Source: Marsupella aquatica (Eukaryota > Plantae > Marchantiophyta). From it: a DNA stretch of 64,000 bases. Position numbers and translations under genes: made by a program. Location: the NCBI GenBank assembly GCA_973895155.1, contig OZ316898.1, forward strand, positions 4,761,079 through 4,825,078, given 5' to 3'. Positions 1 to 12,430 of the stretch are shown one piece after another (position 1 is the first letter of the stretch; each line of letters opens with the position of its first letter). The notes beneath the pieces were generated by a model. It had not been told where the DNA came from and ran no database searches. It was given only the letters and a program-made list of their open reading frames with translations.

Positions 1-136
1 GTATGGATGCAAATTACTGGAAGCCTACTCTAAGAGAGGCCCCTTCTTTCTTTTCTTTATCTTGATCTCCAAGACCACCTTTTTTCCTTCCCAAGGATGA
101 CAATGAAAGATTTTTTACGCCAATTCTGCCCAACAG

Positions 137-1640
137 GAAGGCAGAATTACGGATGCAGAAAGGATATTTTCAACCATGTCTGCCGGGGAAGCGAAGCCAG
201 ATGGGCGTATCTACAACCTATTGATACATGCGAATGGGAAAGCTGGCAGGTCTGACAGGGCATTCGACTTGTATCAAGAGATGAGAAGATTGAAGTTGGA
301 CATCTCAGTTATCACGTTCAACTCCCTACTTGCTTGCCAAAAGAACATAAGAGATGCAGAGAGTATATTTCGTCAGGTAAAGGCATGGTACCTTGGTATA
401 TTCTCCCTTTTTGGTTGGAGCCCATCCGAGCTACTTCCCATTTTCTCACTCCGGTTGATGTCTGATATAGAGTGGCTGAATCTGACAGGGGATGTCTCTT
501 CCTATGCTGCTTTTGTCAGATGAAAGCGGCCAATCTGCAAGCTGATGTCGTCAGTTACACGACGTTGATTGATCTTTATGGAAAGGCGAAAAAAACTGAG
601 GAAGCTCAAGATTTGTTCGATAGGATGATCGCCTATGGCATACGGTGAGACCGTTTTGTCTACAATCTACTTCCAAGTTTTACTTATCAGCTTAGCTATG
701 AATGTAATGCTCCTCATCCTACTACTTAAAAATTTTGAGGGAATTTTTAATAGTGAGCTCTTCATCTGTCTGAGAATGGAAACGAAATTTCGCTGAATAT
801 TGCTGAAAAGTGACATAATAATCACCTGAAAACAATTTCGAACGGGCCTCAGGAAACAGAAATACTTCTTATTCGAGAAACATACTAGCAAAACTTTCAA
901 CAGTTTGATAGTAACTACGCGTTCTCACAGCAAAATCATAACTGGGAAGTTGCCATTTTTCCTTCACAGGCCCAACCGGACAACTTATAATGTGTTACTG
1001 GATGCATATACTCGAGCAAATCAAGTGGATGAAGCAGAGATTGTGATGAAAAAAATGCGAAAGGATAAGTGAGCATATTTTCTTTGGCTTTCTATATGTT
1101 TTTGGTCCTCCAAGAGGCAAATTCTCTCGTTCCTAAGTTTTGGCACTAGATAGCAACTGTGCTCCACATGATTGTTGTGAAAGTACCTATTAAAATATAC
1201 TTACGGACGGCCATGAAATTGCCAGATGCAAGCCAACAATTCGTGCGTTCACAACATTGTTGCATGCCTATGCACTTGTTGGGAAAATGGAGAAAGCAGA
1301 GGAGATTTTGAGGAGAATGAAGAGTGAGAATGTGGCTCCCAATGTGTTTACCTTCAGTGCAATAGTGGCTGGCTATGCGGCTGCAAAAGACACGGACAAA
1401 ATGATGAAAAAGTTCAATGAGATGAAGGCTTTGGGGCTGAAGCCAAATCAGGCCGTGTACACAGTTCTGATAGGAGCGTGGGGATTTCAAGAGGATTTTG
1501 AAGCTTGCAAATTTTGGTTTAGGGAAATGATTTCATCAGGTTGTGTACCTGATGCGAGAGCTAGGACCTGTCTAATGAGCGCATCCAGAACTCCAGAGCA
1601 ACTGCAAGAGGCTGTAGCATTGATAGATAGCTGTAGATGA
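137..1640 (+). CDS. P-class pentatricopeptide repeat protein (At3g59040-like), 3' part; the 5' end lies upstream of the window
   Basis: Exons 137-376, 520-644, 970-1068, 1226-1640, all GT-AG and phase-consistent. Translation gives tandem 35-aa PPR motifs (KPDGRIYNLLIHANGKAG, DVVSYTTLIDLYGKAK, PNRTTYNVLLDAYTRAN, PNVFTFSAIVAGYAAAK). The C-terminus GCVPDARARTCLMS...EQLQEA resembles At3g59040 as recalled. Confidence 0.93.
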
Positions 1641-3839
1641 CTTCCGGTGCGAGAAAGAGAGTGTTTCCTGTCATTCATCGAGTGACGACACATTGAAATT
1701 CGCAATGAAGTCTGTTACTCCGCCGGGTGTCCTACAACCGCACAATGCGTTTGTTATGCATAATCTAAGTGATCACCTACGTACCTATCTATATTGATGA
1801 TGTTGTTCGGAAGTGAGCAGACCTTGTCGGCCGCAGTCATTGGAGTACCTCATCGCCCATCTGGTTTCTGGATGCCAAGGAAGCAGTGCTGCATGACAAT
1901 CTATTAAGACGTGATCAGTCTATCTAATGGAACAGATAAAGTATTGTTCATCCCTGTCCTCTGAGAACGAACGTGGATGTCAAGTCACTGAGATTTTGGA
2001 TGTTGAGGAAGGATGCATTCAATGTAAGAGAGCTTGCGATACGGCTCTTAACTGCCTCCCAAAGTATTTTGCCCCAGTGAAAGCCTAAAAGAATAATTCG
2101 AGACTTTCTTTTTTACTATGCAGCACAGCTTAGGATGAGGTAAGGCGCTCTCAAACCCCACGACAGCTGTGGTAGAAAATCTTCGGGCCAGCTGCGTCTG
2201 CTAAAAGATGACGGGAGCATCCATAGAGGTTTTATTTTGGAGTCCAAGCTTGTGTCTGGGTATAAGATGGCCTGCAAGAGGAATAAGTTGCCAAGCAGTT
2301 CCATGAACCGGACAAGTTTTTCATCTTATATCGATAATTCGCTGAACATCATGACGAACATGACGTTAACGACCTCTACCCCATTATCCCTAGAATCTGG
2401 TATTTTTCAAATAGAAAAACGTACAATGTCTACATTCACGCGCGTGCTTCGAAATGAAGAAAGAAATCAAGTACGGGATTCAATCACAATCGTTTTGTTT
2501 CCACGATTAGTTCCTTCAACGAATTGTTTTTTCTCAACCAAATCGCGAACTGGTAACAGAACCATCGTTTCCTAGTCGGAGATTGGCACCATTCCGACTC
2601 GATACACGCTTCAGCGATGTCTCTCATATATGCGCCTAGGCAAGACACCTAAACGCAAAAGATGTGATGATCATCCGCGAATAATCCTCGAAAACGTACC
2701 ATGATTGAGTATCGCCATTACGATCAACGTGGAACTCGCTCCAAAGCTCAGAACCAAATGCCAATTGTTCCACGTCTTCAGTAGAAACACTGAATGACAG
2801 CAGCGTCTCTGAATGGACTAGTGGTACACTATACCATTAGTGTACATACAATTCTTCGGTTTCTCCATGGTTCAGAGTTCTTTCTTCTATTTACAATACA
2901 GTCTTATAATATAATCTCTTAAAAAACTTCTTACGTATAAAATACTGTATATGTGTTCGAAAGTGTCAACTGTACTCTTTGTACAGTTCCATAGCCAGGA
3001 CCAAACTTCTAAGCACGTATGATGGCTTCATGAATCTTGCCCGTTTGCATGATCGAGGATGAATCTTTTTATTCTTAATGAATGTACCACAATCTGTGCC
3101 TTTAGTAAATTGGTCCTTTTTCCTTTAGTGAGCGTGCGTGCGTGCGTTCGTGCCTGCCCGCCGGGACGAAACGACGAATGGAAAGAACAATCAAGTCTCA
3201 GGTAGTGAAATAATGATGCTGAATGTGATGGCTGCCTACTGAGCTGAATTGGCTGCTCGTCATCAACTTCGATTGGCAGTTGCGATTTGCCTCGATTGTT
3301 GTGTCTCTCGCAGTGAAGCAAGCTATCCTCAACAAGTTGCCATCACCACCAGTACGGTCAAGTCTTTCATACCCGAAGTGCTCCGATGCATCTGCGCACC
3401 GGAGCAAACAAGAATTTGCTCAGATCGAATAATTACTCGAGTCTTACTTACCAAATCTACAATTCCACACCTAAGATCTTGAATACGGACGGCTCACGCA
3501 CTGATAGATCACGGTTAGGGCGGGCTGGCGGGAATTGATCCACGACGTTGTAGCATGTACTAGGCACGCACTCCAGTGCATAGTCCCCAAAACCTTGAAC
3601 TATGTGACGTCTCTACCATCACATTGGTGTCAAGCGTATTGCAGTGGCGCACGACACCACGGGACGACAGGACCGATCCGCGCTGCGATCGTAGCCAATC
3701 GCTGTTGGGATCCATACCGCCAGAGACGACGGGCCGGGTAGAGGTATATTGGACGAGGAGGTACTTGAGTGAACATATTACTGTAGACTGTTGAACTTCA
3801 GAGAATGATGACGACGGAACGACGTTCAATCGAATATCG

Positions 3840-4710
3840 TTGGTAATAATAATGTGCTTTGAAGCAATATTTGTCTGCGCACAATTAGACCACTACAGTA
3901 CCACCGCAGTACTGAAATTGAGCGGGTTGATGTCCATTGCTCCTCGATGGCATCCACTAGCTGTTGATCTTCAGATCTGAATGGAGACGGATCGCTCTTC
4001 AATAGTTGCTGATACAGTCATGTGGTCTGAATGTTTGAAGCCCTATTTGTCTACGCGCAAGGAGGTCACTACAGTACACCGTGGTACTGTAAATTTCGCT
4101 GTTGAGCATGTTGATGTCCACTGCTGAGCATGTTGATGTCCACTGCTTCTCGACCGCATTCGCTCGCTGTTGATATGAACCCATGTGGATAGGTGTTCAA
4201 TCGCTGCCGATACAGTAATGTGGTTTGAATGTTTTAAGCCCTATTTGCCTGCGCGCAATTAGATCACCAAGTACCACTGTGGTACCGTAACATTTCGCTG
4301 TTGAGCATGTTGATGTCCACTGCTCCTCGACGCCTTCGCTCGCTGTTGATCTAGACCGAGATGGATAGGTTTTCAATCGTTGCTGATACAGTGACGTGGT
4401 TGGAATGTTTTAAGCCCTATATGCCTGCGCGCAATCAGATCACCACAAACCACCGTGCTACTGCAAAATTTCGCTGTTGAGCATGTTAATATCCACTGCT
4501 CCTCGATCGCATTCGCTCGCTCAGAGCTCAGAGCTCAGAGCTCAGAACTGAACGGAGGCAGATCGATGTTCAAATAGTTGCTGATACAATCATGTGGTTT
4601 GAAGCACTATTTGTCTGCGCGCAATAGGTCACCACAGTACGACCGTAGTACTGCAAAAAATGCATGCACTGTTGCGCATGTTCTTTGGTATCCATTGCTC
4701 CTCGATCGCA
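3840..4710. repeat. Diverged tandem repeat, ~175-200 bp unit, about 5 copies
   Basis: The motif GTTGCTGATACAGT..ATGTGGTTTGAA..CTATTTGYCTGCGCGCAAT..GTACTG..GTTGAGCATGTTGATGTCCACTGCT recurs at ~3840, 4005, 4203, 4379 and 4577. A (GCTCAGA)n insert lies at ~4519-4545. Confidence 0.9.
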
Positions 4711-5069
4711 ATCTCCCGCTCGCCCGCTAGCTCGTGCCTGAATTGAAGAGAATCATGTGCGCGCAGCACCCTAGTACATTACTCGTCCCGCCATCGCACT
4801 ACAGTACATTCCATTTCGGCACAGCACGAAAGTCGTCATTGCATAATTCGTGTGAGCTCGATCGGTCCACACTCCACACTCCACAGTGATGTTCTACTCT
4901 AGGAATCTCTCGCCGTAAATGAACAAACGCGGAATAACTAGGAAGTACAAGTCTCTTGCCCAAGTGCTCAACAAATGATCTCTCGCCATGAATTTGTACA
5001 ACATTCCCAATCGCTCGAACGACAATTTATTGTCTCAGCGTACTAGAGTACTGTGCTATTGCTATTCAC

Positions 5070-5460
5070 TGAGTTTTGTGGGGGTGTTTCATTAGGGGGT
5101 CTCAAATATGAGTTTTGTGGGGGTGGTTCATTAAGGTGTCTCAAATATGAGTTTTGTGGGGGTGCCTCATTAGGGGGTCTCAAATATGAGTTTTGTGGAG
5201 GTGGTTCATTAGGGGGTTTCTATGTATCTAGTTTTCTCTTCCAATAGGGTCAATATGAGTTTGTGGAGGTGGTTCATTAGGGGGTCTCTAAGTATCTAGT
5301 TTTCTCTTCCAATAGGGTCAATATGAGTTTTGTGGGGGTGGTTCATTAGGGGGTCTCAGATATGTATCCATTTTTCTCTTCCAATAGGGTCAATAAGAGT
5401 TTTGTGTGGGTGATTCATTAGGGGGTCTCAAATATGTATCCATTTTTCTCTTTCAATAGG
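5070..5460. repeat. Minisatellite array of 39-bp then ~65-bp units containing a MITE terminal motif
   Basis: GAGTTTTGTGGGGGTGGTTCATTAGGGGGTCTCAAATAT occurs about 7 times. A related motif (TTGTGGGGGTGGTTCA..ACCCCACAGG) recurs at 6570-6740. Confidence 0.9.
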
Positions 5461-6918
5461 GGTGACTTCCAGTAATGTGGCCTTCGACCAGTGCCCAGAC
5501 TTTCCAACTTCAATTATTTTGGTTTTTGTAAACAATCACCACTTGGTGGGAGGAAATGGCCAACAGGAAACAAAAAAATCTTGCAATAGAAGCGTGCCGG
5601 CTAGCTCTAGAAGGCACATTTTTCAGCCGCATCCATCCAAAACTCAACTTGGACTGTTGAGAGTGCCCGCAGATCTTATTTGAGACCCCCTTATTGTTAA
5701 GGCATCTCAAACCAGCTTATTTCATATGTTTCTAGTCACTAAAGTGCTGCGGGTCAGGTCATGGACCAAACATCTGCCTGACCATCAATGACTTGGGGGG
5801 TCAATGCACTGGTGTCCACACCAAAGATAACTTTGCACAATATGCATTAGCACCGTTCAAGAATAGTCAGTTATCAATTGACTCAAGGGAGCATGATGAA
5901 ACTCGTCTCAATTTCCAAGTCTTGCAAAAGGGTTTCACCAGACCGGCTTATAATAAATCTAGGCATGCCCTCAAGCATTGTCCTGGATACATTGGACTGC
6001 CCCTGTGGAATGCCTTTAGGGTTTTTGGAGCCCAACGAGGGCATTGTCCTAGATGAAGCCCGAGGAGCCTGCTTGAGGTGCTGTTCTAGGGAAATTGCCA
6101 GTGTAAAAAGACTCTAGGGTGCTTGGAGCCCTACTTGGATTTTTCTTATTGTTGGAATGTTTGGTAGTTGATGACTTGTGGGCAAAACCCTAGACCCTGA
6201 ACATTAAACATTGGACCAGACAACTAAAGGACAAACATGAGCCTTTAAGTGAGGGTGTGCCACATGGGGTGGTTCACTTGATAGACACCACAAGATCAAT
6301 TAAGGCCCTGTGTAGCTGAGGCAAATCTCACGTTAACGGTTTCTGATATAATGTGTTTTAAAATTCAGGAGGGCAAGCGTTTGAAGGACCCAGCCAAGTC
6401 CTAAATCAATCTTTAGTGTCCATCAAAATTTGAAGATGCAGGAGGGGCAGGTTAAGTCCTTCTTTGGCATTTGACAAACTGAGTGTCAAAATAACTTATT
6501 ATAATTTCCTTTGTAATGGTAGCCCACAAAAATTCCAGGAAAGAATTTAGAAAATATTAGCCAGATTTATTGTGACTTGTGGGGGCGGCTCATTACGATG
6601 ACCCCACAGGTAGTGAAACTTTTGTGGGGGTGGGTTACTAGAATGAGTCCACAGGGAATGTGGCTTTATAGGGGTGTGACTTGTGGGGGTGGTTCACTAG
6701 ACTGACCCCACAGGAGGTGTGCCTTGTGAGGATGGCTTACTAGAGAGTTTTTTTTGGCACGAAAGAAGCTCAGAGTTTATTTGACAATCATCCAAGTACG
6801 GAATGTGGGTATGATACAAGAAGCACAGGAACCAGTGAAAATATATAATGGGATAGCCTTGCTAGACTTTTGCATGTTGCTTAGCATAAGACATATTTGG
6901 TTCACACTTTATTGTGTA

Positions 6919-7050
6919 TTGGCCTACCACAAGCTGAGACAACTCGACTCACACATTATTGCATGTTGGCCTACCACAAGCTGAGACAACTCGGTTCACA
7001 CATTATTGCATGTTACCCTACCACAAGCTCAGAGACAACTCATCTCACAC
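6919..7050. repeat. Tandem repeat, ~47-bp unit, about 3 copies
   Basis: TTGGCCTACCACAAGCTGAGACAACTCGACTCACACATTATTGCATG repeated. Confidence 0.9.
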
Positions 7051-7454
7051 ACTTTGTTTGCATTGCATGATTTTGAAGAATAACCAGTGCTGGCCTGTTC
7101 AGGCTAAGGCACCTGACTCCCTACTACGGTAGTGTCATGGGCATCCAGGCTAGTTCACTAAATAAACGCTATTAAATTTTTTGGCCCTACTAACAAAACA
7201 TTTTGGAATGATTTTGGTATCTCGTGAACCTAAAGAATTTTGTTATCTAAATTTTAAAAATATTCTAAGCATCCCGGTGCAAGGTACTCTTTATTATTAA
7301 AATGAAATGAAATAATTACAATAGGATAGTAGCAAAATGAAAAAAAATTAAATAGGAGCATAATATTTTGTACCCTAGAAAAGACGAACAGGAGAGACCA
7401 TGGCAAAATAGTCAGGAGCAAGTTACGGTGCAGTGCAGTATTATGGCACAAGAC

Positions 7455-7697
7455 ATCAGGTGAGCGGAGCAAAGCTTTGAGACTCTGTTCCCTGCCACAG
7501 AGAAATGGAATTTGTATCAAAAATGATTAACCATTATCAGATGAGAGATGCAAAGCTTTGAGACTCTTTTCCTTGCCACAGAGAAATGGAATTTGTATCA
7601 AAAATGATCAACCATTATCAGATGAGAGGAGCAAAGCTTTGAGACTCCTTTCCCTGCCACAGAGCGATGGAATTTGTATCAAAAATGATCAACCATT
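7455..7697. repeat. Tandem repeat, ~80-bp unit, 3 copies
   Basis: GCAAAGCTTTGAGACTC..CCTGCCACAGAGAAATGGAATTTGTATCAAAAATGATYAACCATT occurs three times. Confidence 0.92.
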
Positions 7698-7819
7698 CTC
7701 ACTGCCTGTGCGGGCTGGGCTGCCAAAGAAAGTATAGGGAAATGCCCAAGCGGGGATAACTTATCACTCGTGAGCCCCAAGTGAATTTTTGAAAAATACA
7801 TCTCATTTCTACACTACAA

Positions 7820-8718
7820 ACAATTACCCTTTTGCCGCGGTTTGCCACTTGACCTCACCTATACTCATTAAAATTGACAATCCACACGCCAGGCTGACAC
7901 ATAGTTCCGTGGCTTGTGGCCAGGGTTATATCTCTGCTATAAGGTGAATCCAACTTTCATATTTTGTCTTATTGAGATTTTGTGTCCAATATTTTTATTT
8001 TAATGTGCCTTAACAAGGTGAATCATTTGTATTGATTTGATTTTGAATTAACTTTTGGACCCCTTTTTATTTTAGTGAGCTTAGAGTAATTTGAATGTAT
8101 TTGGCTCCCCTCATAAATGTTTAATCATTACTTTTCAATCACTCCTCCTTAGTGAATTCTCTCCTTTTTCCTTTTTCATGGAGTGAAAGAAATGAATTTG
8201 AACAATGTGCACATTTGGTGGACTAAGTTTACTTGTGTTTTACTTTACAAAATTTATGATTTTAATTGAATCTATTCTCACTACCTAGAAGCAATTGAAA
8301 ATCTGTATCTTATGTGCACAACTATCCAATACTTTTGTATTTGGTCATTATGTACTTTTCTTTGCATGTGTACTTATGGTTATGTGTGTTATGTCATTCA
8401 CTCTTAATTAACAGATATTCATTTATTGGCATATATTTTACATTTTTTTTCTTCTTTTATTATTATTTTATCATAAATTAAATTAAATAAATTACATATT
8501 ATTACAAGACAAATAAAACAAGGCATGTTTTATAACCTTCTATAGAAATAGGAAAAAAAATGCTAACAACTACCCTTAATTTGCCCCGGTTTGCCACTTG
8601 ACCTCACTTATACTCATTAAAAGTGAGAATCCCCAGGCATTGAGAATCCCCACACGAAGCTGGCACACAGTTCCCTGACTATGGCCGGCTAGGGGTGGCT
8701 CATGGCCAGGGTTATATT
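7820..8718. repeat. ~110-bp direct repeats (7820-7930 and 8570-8718) flanking an AT-rich core; probable TE relic
   Basis: GGTTTGCCACTTGACCTCACYTATACTCATTAAAA...TGGCCAGGGTTATAT is present at both positions. Confidence 0.7.
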
Positions 8719-10665
8719 TCATACCCTTTTATTGAAAATACAAAGAAAAAAATATGCTAGGGGTGTACTGTACTGACAAATAAGCTTCCAAGGCTTTCGT
8801 CCTTCGTTCCTTCCTTCCTTCCAAGCTCAGTAGAGGGGGTGCTCCACTGTCAAGGCGATTCCAAGAGTTAGATTGGGGAGAGCAATCTTTGAAAGCGGCT
8901 TTCCAGGCCCACAGGATCTCCGCCCAACTAGCCAGGCGGTCTCCCTAATGCATGGACGATGCTTCCATCTGACTACCACGATGAGAATGGACTCCTTTAA
9001 ACTCTAGAGGGAGTGAATGAATTCCTTTCAAAACTCTAGGAGGGAGGGAATGAATGACCCTCGTTATGGTACGTGAGCTGGAATTTCCCCTTCCTGGCTG
9101 GCAGGACAGCGAGAATCGTTACCCCTTCCCCCTTACAACATAATTATGTACCTGGCCAGCTACTGTACCCAGGTCAGTGCACTCATAGAGCTGGGCCCAT
9201 GCACTTTTTTCCTAAGAGGGCGGCCTTCTCCAGGAGTGAGCTGGAACCTACACTGGACTTCGCTGCGGAGCTTCAACCTCTACTTCTAGCAGCTGAGCCT
9301 ACTGCACCTGGTCCTGCTTTGGGTTGTTATACGACAACCCAAAGCAGGAGATAGTGAGATCGACACAATCATGACTCTGACATTGTTGCCTCGGAGGTTG
9401 GCCTTTTAACTTGGAATCAACCGATGCAGAATCCTAGAATCAATGTTCTTATTGGGCCAACTTGATTCTCTAATTCGAGTGGAGTTGAGTAGTGTGGAGG
9501 ACATCTGGGCCAATGATCGAGACGGAATCTCCCGGATGAAATACTAGAGAAGTAGTTACAGCACTTGGCAGATTTTACACGGTCAGAGAGTGCTGCTCCC
9601 TCTAACAGTTATTTTAGACTCAACTTTTCTCGAGAAGCTCGTCTTCATGAAATGCGGAAGTTCATACAGAGCAGAATCTAGATTCCCCTATCGGACCGCC
9701 TACAGCCGTAGCACAGGGGCAAGATCCCCTGATCAGTGGTGGATAGTGGTTACAGTGGATCCCACAACCCGGTGTCAGGAAATGAATGCCTCCATGATCT
9801 AGAGAAGTGCTTACTGCGAGGTCTGAGGAGCGAAGAATGATAACCTCTTGTCCCCAATGAGGGATCTTTCGTGCATAACAGGAATCGAAAGATCCACCAG
9901 AAAACAGATCGAACTCGAATCATTCACCATACATCAATGCAACGAGGAGCAACGAGAACGATATGTGCTTGTCTTTATTATTCACAAGATGCAATAGCAT
10001 CAAAGCACCCCGTCTACTTCGTAGAAGGACGCCAGTGGATATGCATTCTCCGCGATATTCCACATCTTCTTCAGCTTCGTAATTTGAAGTGAAAAGTAGC
10101 TTGCCTTTCAGCAAACACAGGTTTTCCAAAACTAATCTCAATTGATCTTTCGAGCTCTTTCCTCTCGGCTAGTAAAACATTTTATACATGACCTACAGTG
10201 AAAAAATTCCTATCTAATCAAAATGCTGTCTGCGTCTGGCAAATTTAAAGAGCCTGGCCTGACAAGAACCTCGTCTAGACATTCTTCCATTTTAGTCGTC
10301 AGACCTAAGTGGACGCAGGCATATGAACTATAACAAGAAGAAACCCTGGCTCTTTGATGCCAGGCCTTCTAGCTTTAAGACAACCATGGTGTTGCAGTGG
10401 ACGATCGTTGTGCAAGCGCACATTACCCATCCCTATAATACCTTGCAAAATTGCATGCTTCTAAAAACTGCAACCCACCCGAATACATTGGTGCAGCAGA
10501 AAGGCGGTGGAGGTACACCAGTGGAAGAAACGTGATTATACCAAATACATGTTCGAGTTTGTATTCTTGACGACCAACCCCAAAAACACACTACTCCTGA
10601 AAATCATCGGAGGGAACGAGGTGACAGATCATACAGGCGTTGATTCATGGCCATAGCTCAGTAGT

Positions 10666-12430
10666 TCAAGGCGGGCCTATTGCATTAAACAAGTCAAGTA
10701 ACTGCAAGGTCTGCACAACATTCGAGAGAGGTCCTCAGTTTGCAATTATATATAAAAATGTAGAGCAGGAAAATAGGAAGTCAATAAGCAGCAAACTACC
10801 GAAGGCTAATAAGATTCGATCACACGAGTTGCGAGTCCGAAGTGAAACTGCAGAACTTAATGAGTAGTCACGTATCTTTCCTCTTTGAGGAGACTACCGG
10901 ACAACCTTACCTCTGGAACAGACAGTTGAAGACGAAATTTCGGGCCGTCATAATGATGAAGAATGGGCCTGAAGGCTTCCTCTTGTAAGGGCTTGCAGAG
11001 TCTCCGAACTCGGATTCGAACCTGGACGCAGAGCTCATGTTAGCTTGGTATCCACCGGAGGTGAGCGCTAGAATAAGGTCAAGAGAAGTCAACTGGGTTT
11101 CGCTGGTACGAGCATCAACCTTTCTACTATATTAAATCTCCTTATCTGTATGACAGGTTCATTCTAACCCAGGAACGTGCTCATTGAAAATTTGGAGATT
11201 CTTAAGATTGTGTCAAGAAAGCCTAAGGATGGTCTTCCCATAAAGATCGGAAAGAAAGAGGTAGAGAAGGGTCATGATTCTCGCGATGAGGAGAATTTCG
11301 ACGTACCTGAGCTGGAAATCTCGACTCGCCTCGGCATTTCTTGTCTTCCCACGCAGTCGGGTCTATATTCGAACCTCCAAAACTAGAAGCCTGACAAGTA
11401 CCGACGTTGCAACATCAGTATGCTACCAGAGTGAAGTATGAATACTATCTCTTTAAAAGCCAGCATACGAAGGTGAGATGAGCAATCGACATGCAGTACC
11501 TCAAAAATCCCATGTAGCTGATGTGTTGTATAATTGTACAAAAACAATGGAAGCCCAGGCTGAATTGCGCGGACCGAGTCGCGATATCTCTGCGGAAGAC
11601 CTGCATTAAAAGGCAGGAGTTGGTCAGCTGACAGGAACTTAATTGAAAGTACTGTACAGATTCAATAAACAATTAACGACAAGTGGGGATTCCCGCAATC
11701 ACGGCCTGGAATCTCCGTGCCGCGTACACAGAATTGATGCAGGTGACCCAACGCAGATGCCATCCGTGAAACAAGGCTAAACAGAAGGAAAGTGCACATA
11801 GACTTTCGGGATTTCTACTCATGCTGCACGGCCGAGCGCCATCAAACACGCAACGCGGGAAACCAAGCAATGTCTTCAAGAAGAAGTTCGAGGTCAGCAT
11901 TCTGAGGCAAATGTCGGAACCCTGTTGTGGCAATATGGACGAGACCGGCGTAGGCGGTAACGAGTTGAAATGACAATGCACGTACCGAAGAGTTGGCGCT
12001 TGAGGTCTTCTTGCATTGTATCGTTGTTGCAAACGAAAATGTATCCACCGAGAGTTTCGTGGCGTGGGAGCATTTCTGCGGGGGGAAGGGATTTGAAGCG
12101 CTTGTCGTGATTGCCGGTCAATTGAAAAGGGGCGTTCCCATTGAAAACACCCGTCATCGACCCTCCTTGCTGCTGCTGCTGCTGCTTCTGTTCCGACAAT
12201 GTTACCTTCTTCTCCGTAGGCGGTGATTGTTTCGATCCGCCACTTCCACTTTTCCTCTCTCCCCCGTGCCGCTTTTTGGCCTCGGTTGCCCCCTTCGATC
12301 CTCGGTCCAAAAATCCTCTTTGCTCGTCGAAAGGAAAGGGAAGATTGGGGGGAGCTGGGGCCCAATTCTGATCTCCCGGGGTGCCCCCAAAATCCTCCCC
12401 GAAGGACCAGAGAGAATATGGACTCGCCAG
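10666..12430 (-). CDS. DCD (development and cell death) domain protein, NRP/B2-like; ~261 aa if initiated at CTG 12430
   Basis: Exons 12430-11986, 11600-11500, 11390-11307, 11021-10911, 10710-10666 (786 nt). Translation includes DKRFKSLPPAEMLPRHETLGGYIFVCNNDTMQEDLKRQLFGLPQRYRDSVRAIQPGLPLFLYNYTTHQLHGIFEASSFGGSNIDPTAWEDKKCRGESRFPAQVRIRVRR...HHYDGPKFRLQLSVPETLQLLDLF. The start is uncertain: CTG 12430 or the first ATG at 12157. Confidence 0.95.

Noticed and set aside
5070-7700. CRISPR-like arrays
   Set aside because: The units are contiguous with no unique spacers, the context is eukaryotic and there are no cas genes.
8822-8842. miR390-like AAGCTCAG start
   Set aside because: Only the first 8 nt match and no star strand was found.
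10649-10680. tRNA-like GGCCATAGCTCAGTAGTTCAAG (A-box-like)
   Set aside because: No cloverleaf or properly spaced B-box; it is the antisense of the DCD last exon and stop.
11673-12365. 230-aa minus-strand ORF overlapping DCD exon 1
   Set aside because: An alternative frame of a GC-rich exon that runs into an intron, with a non-ATG start and no recognisable homology.
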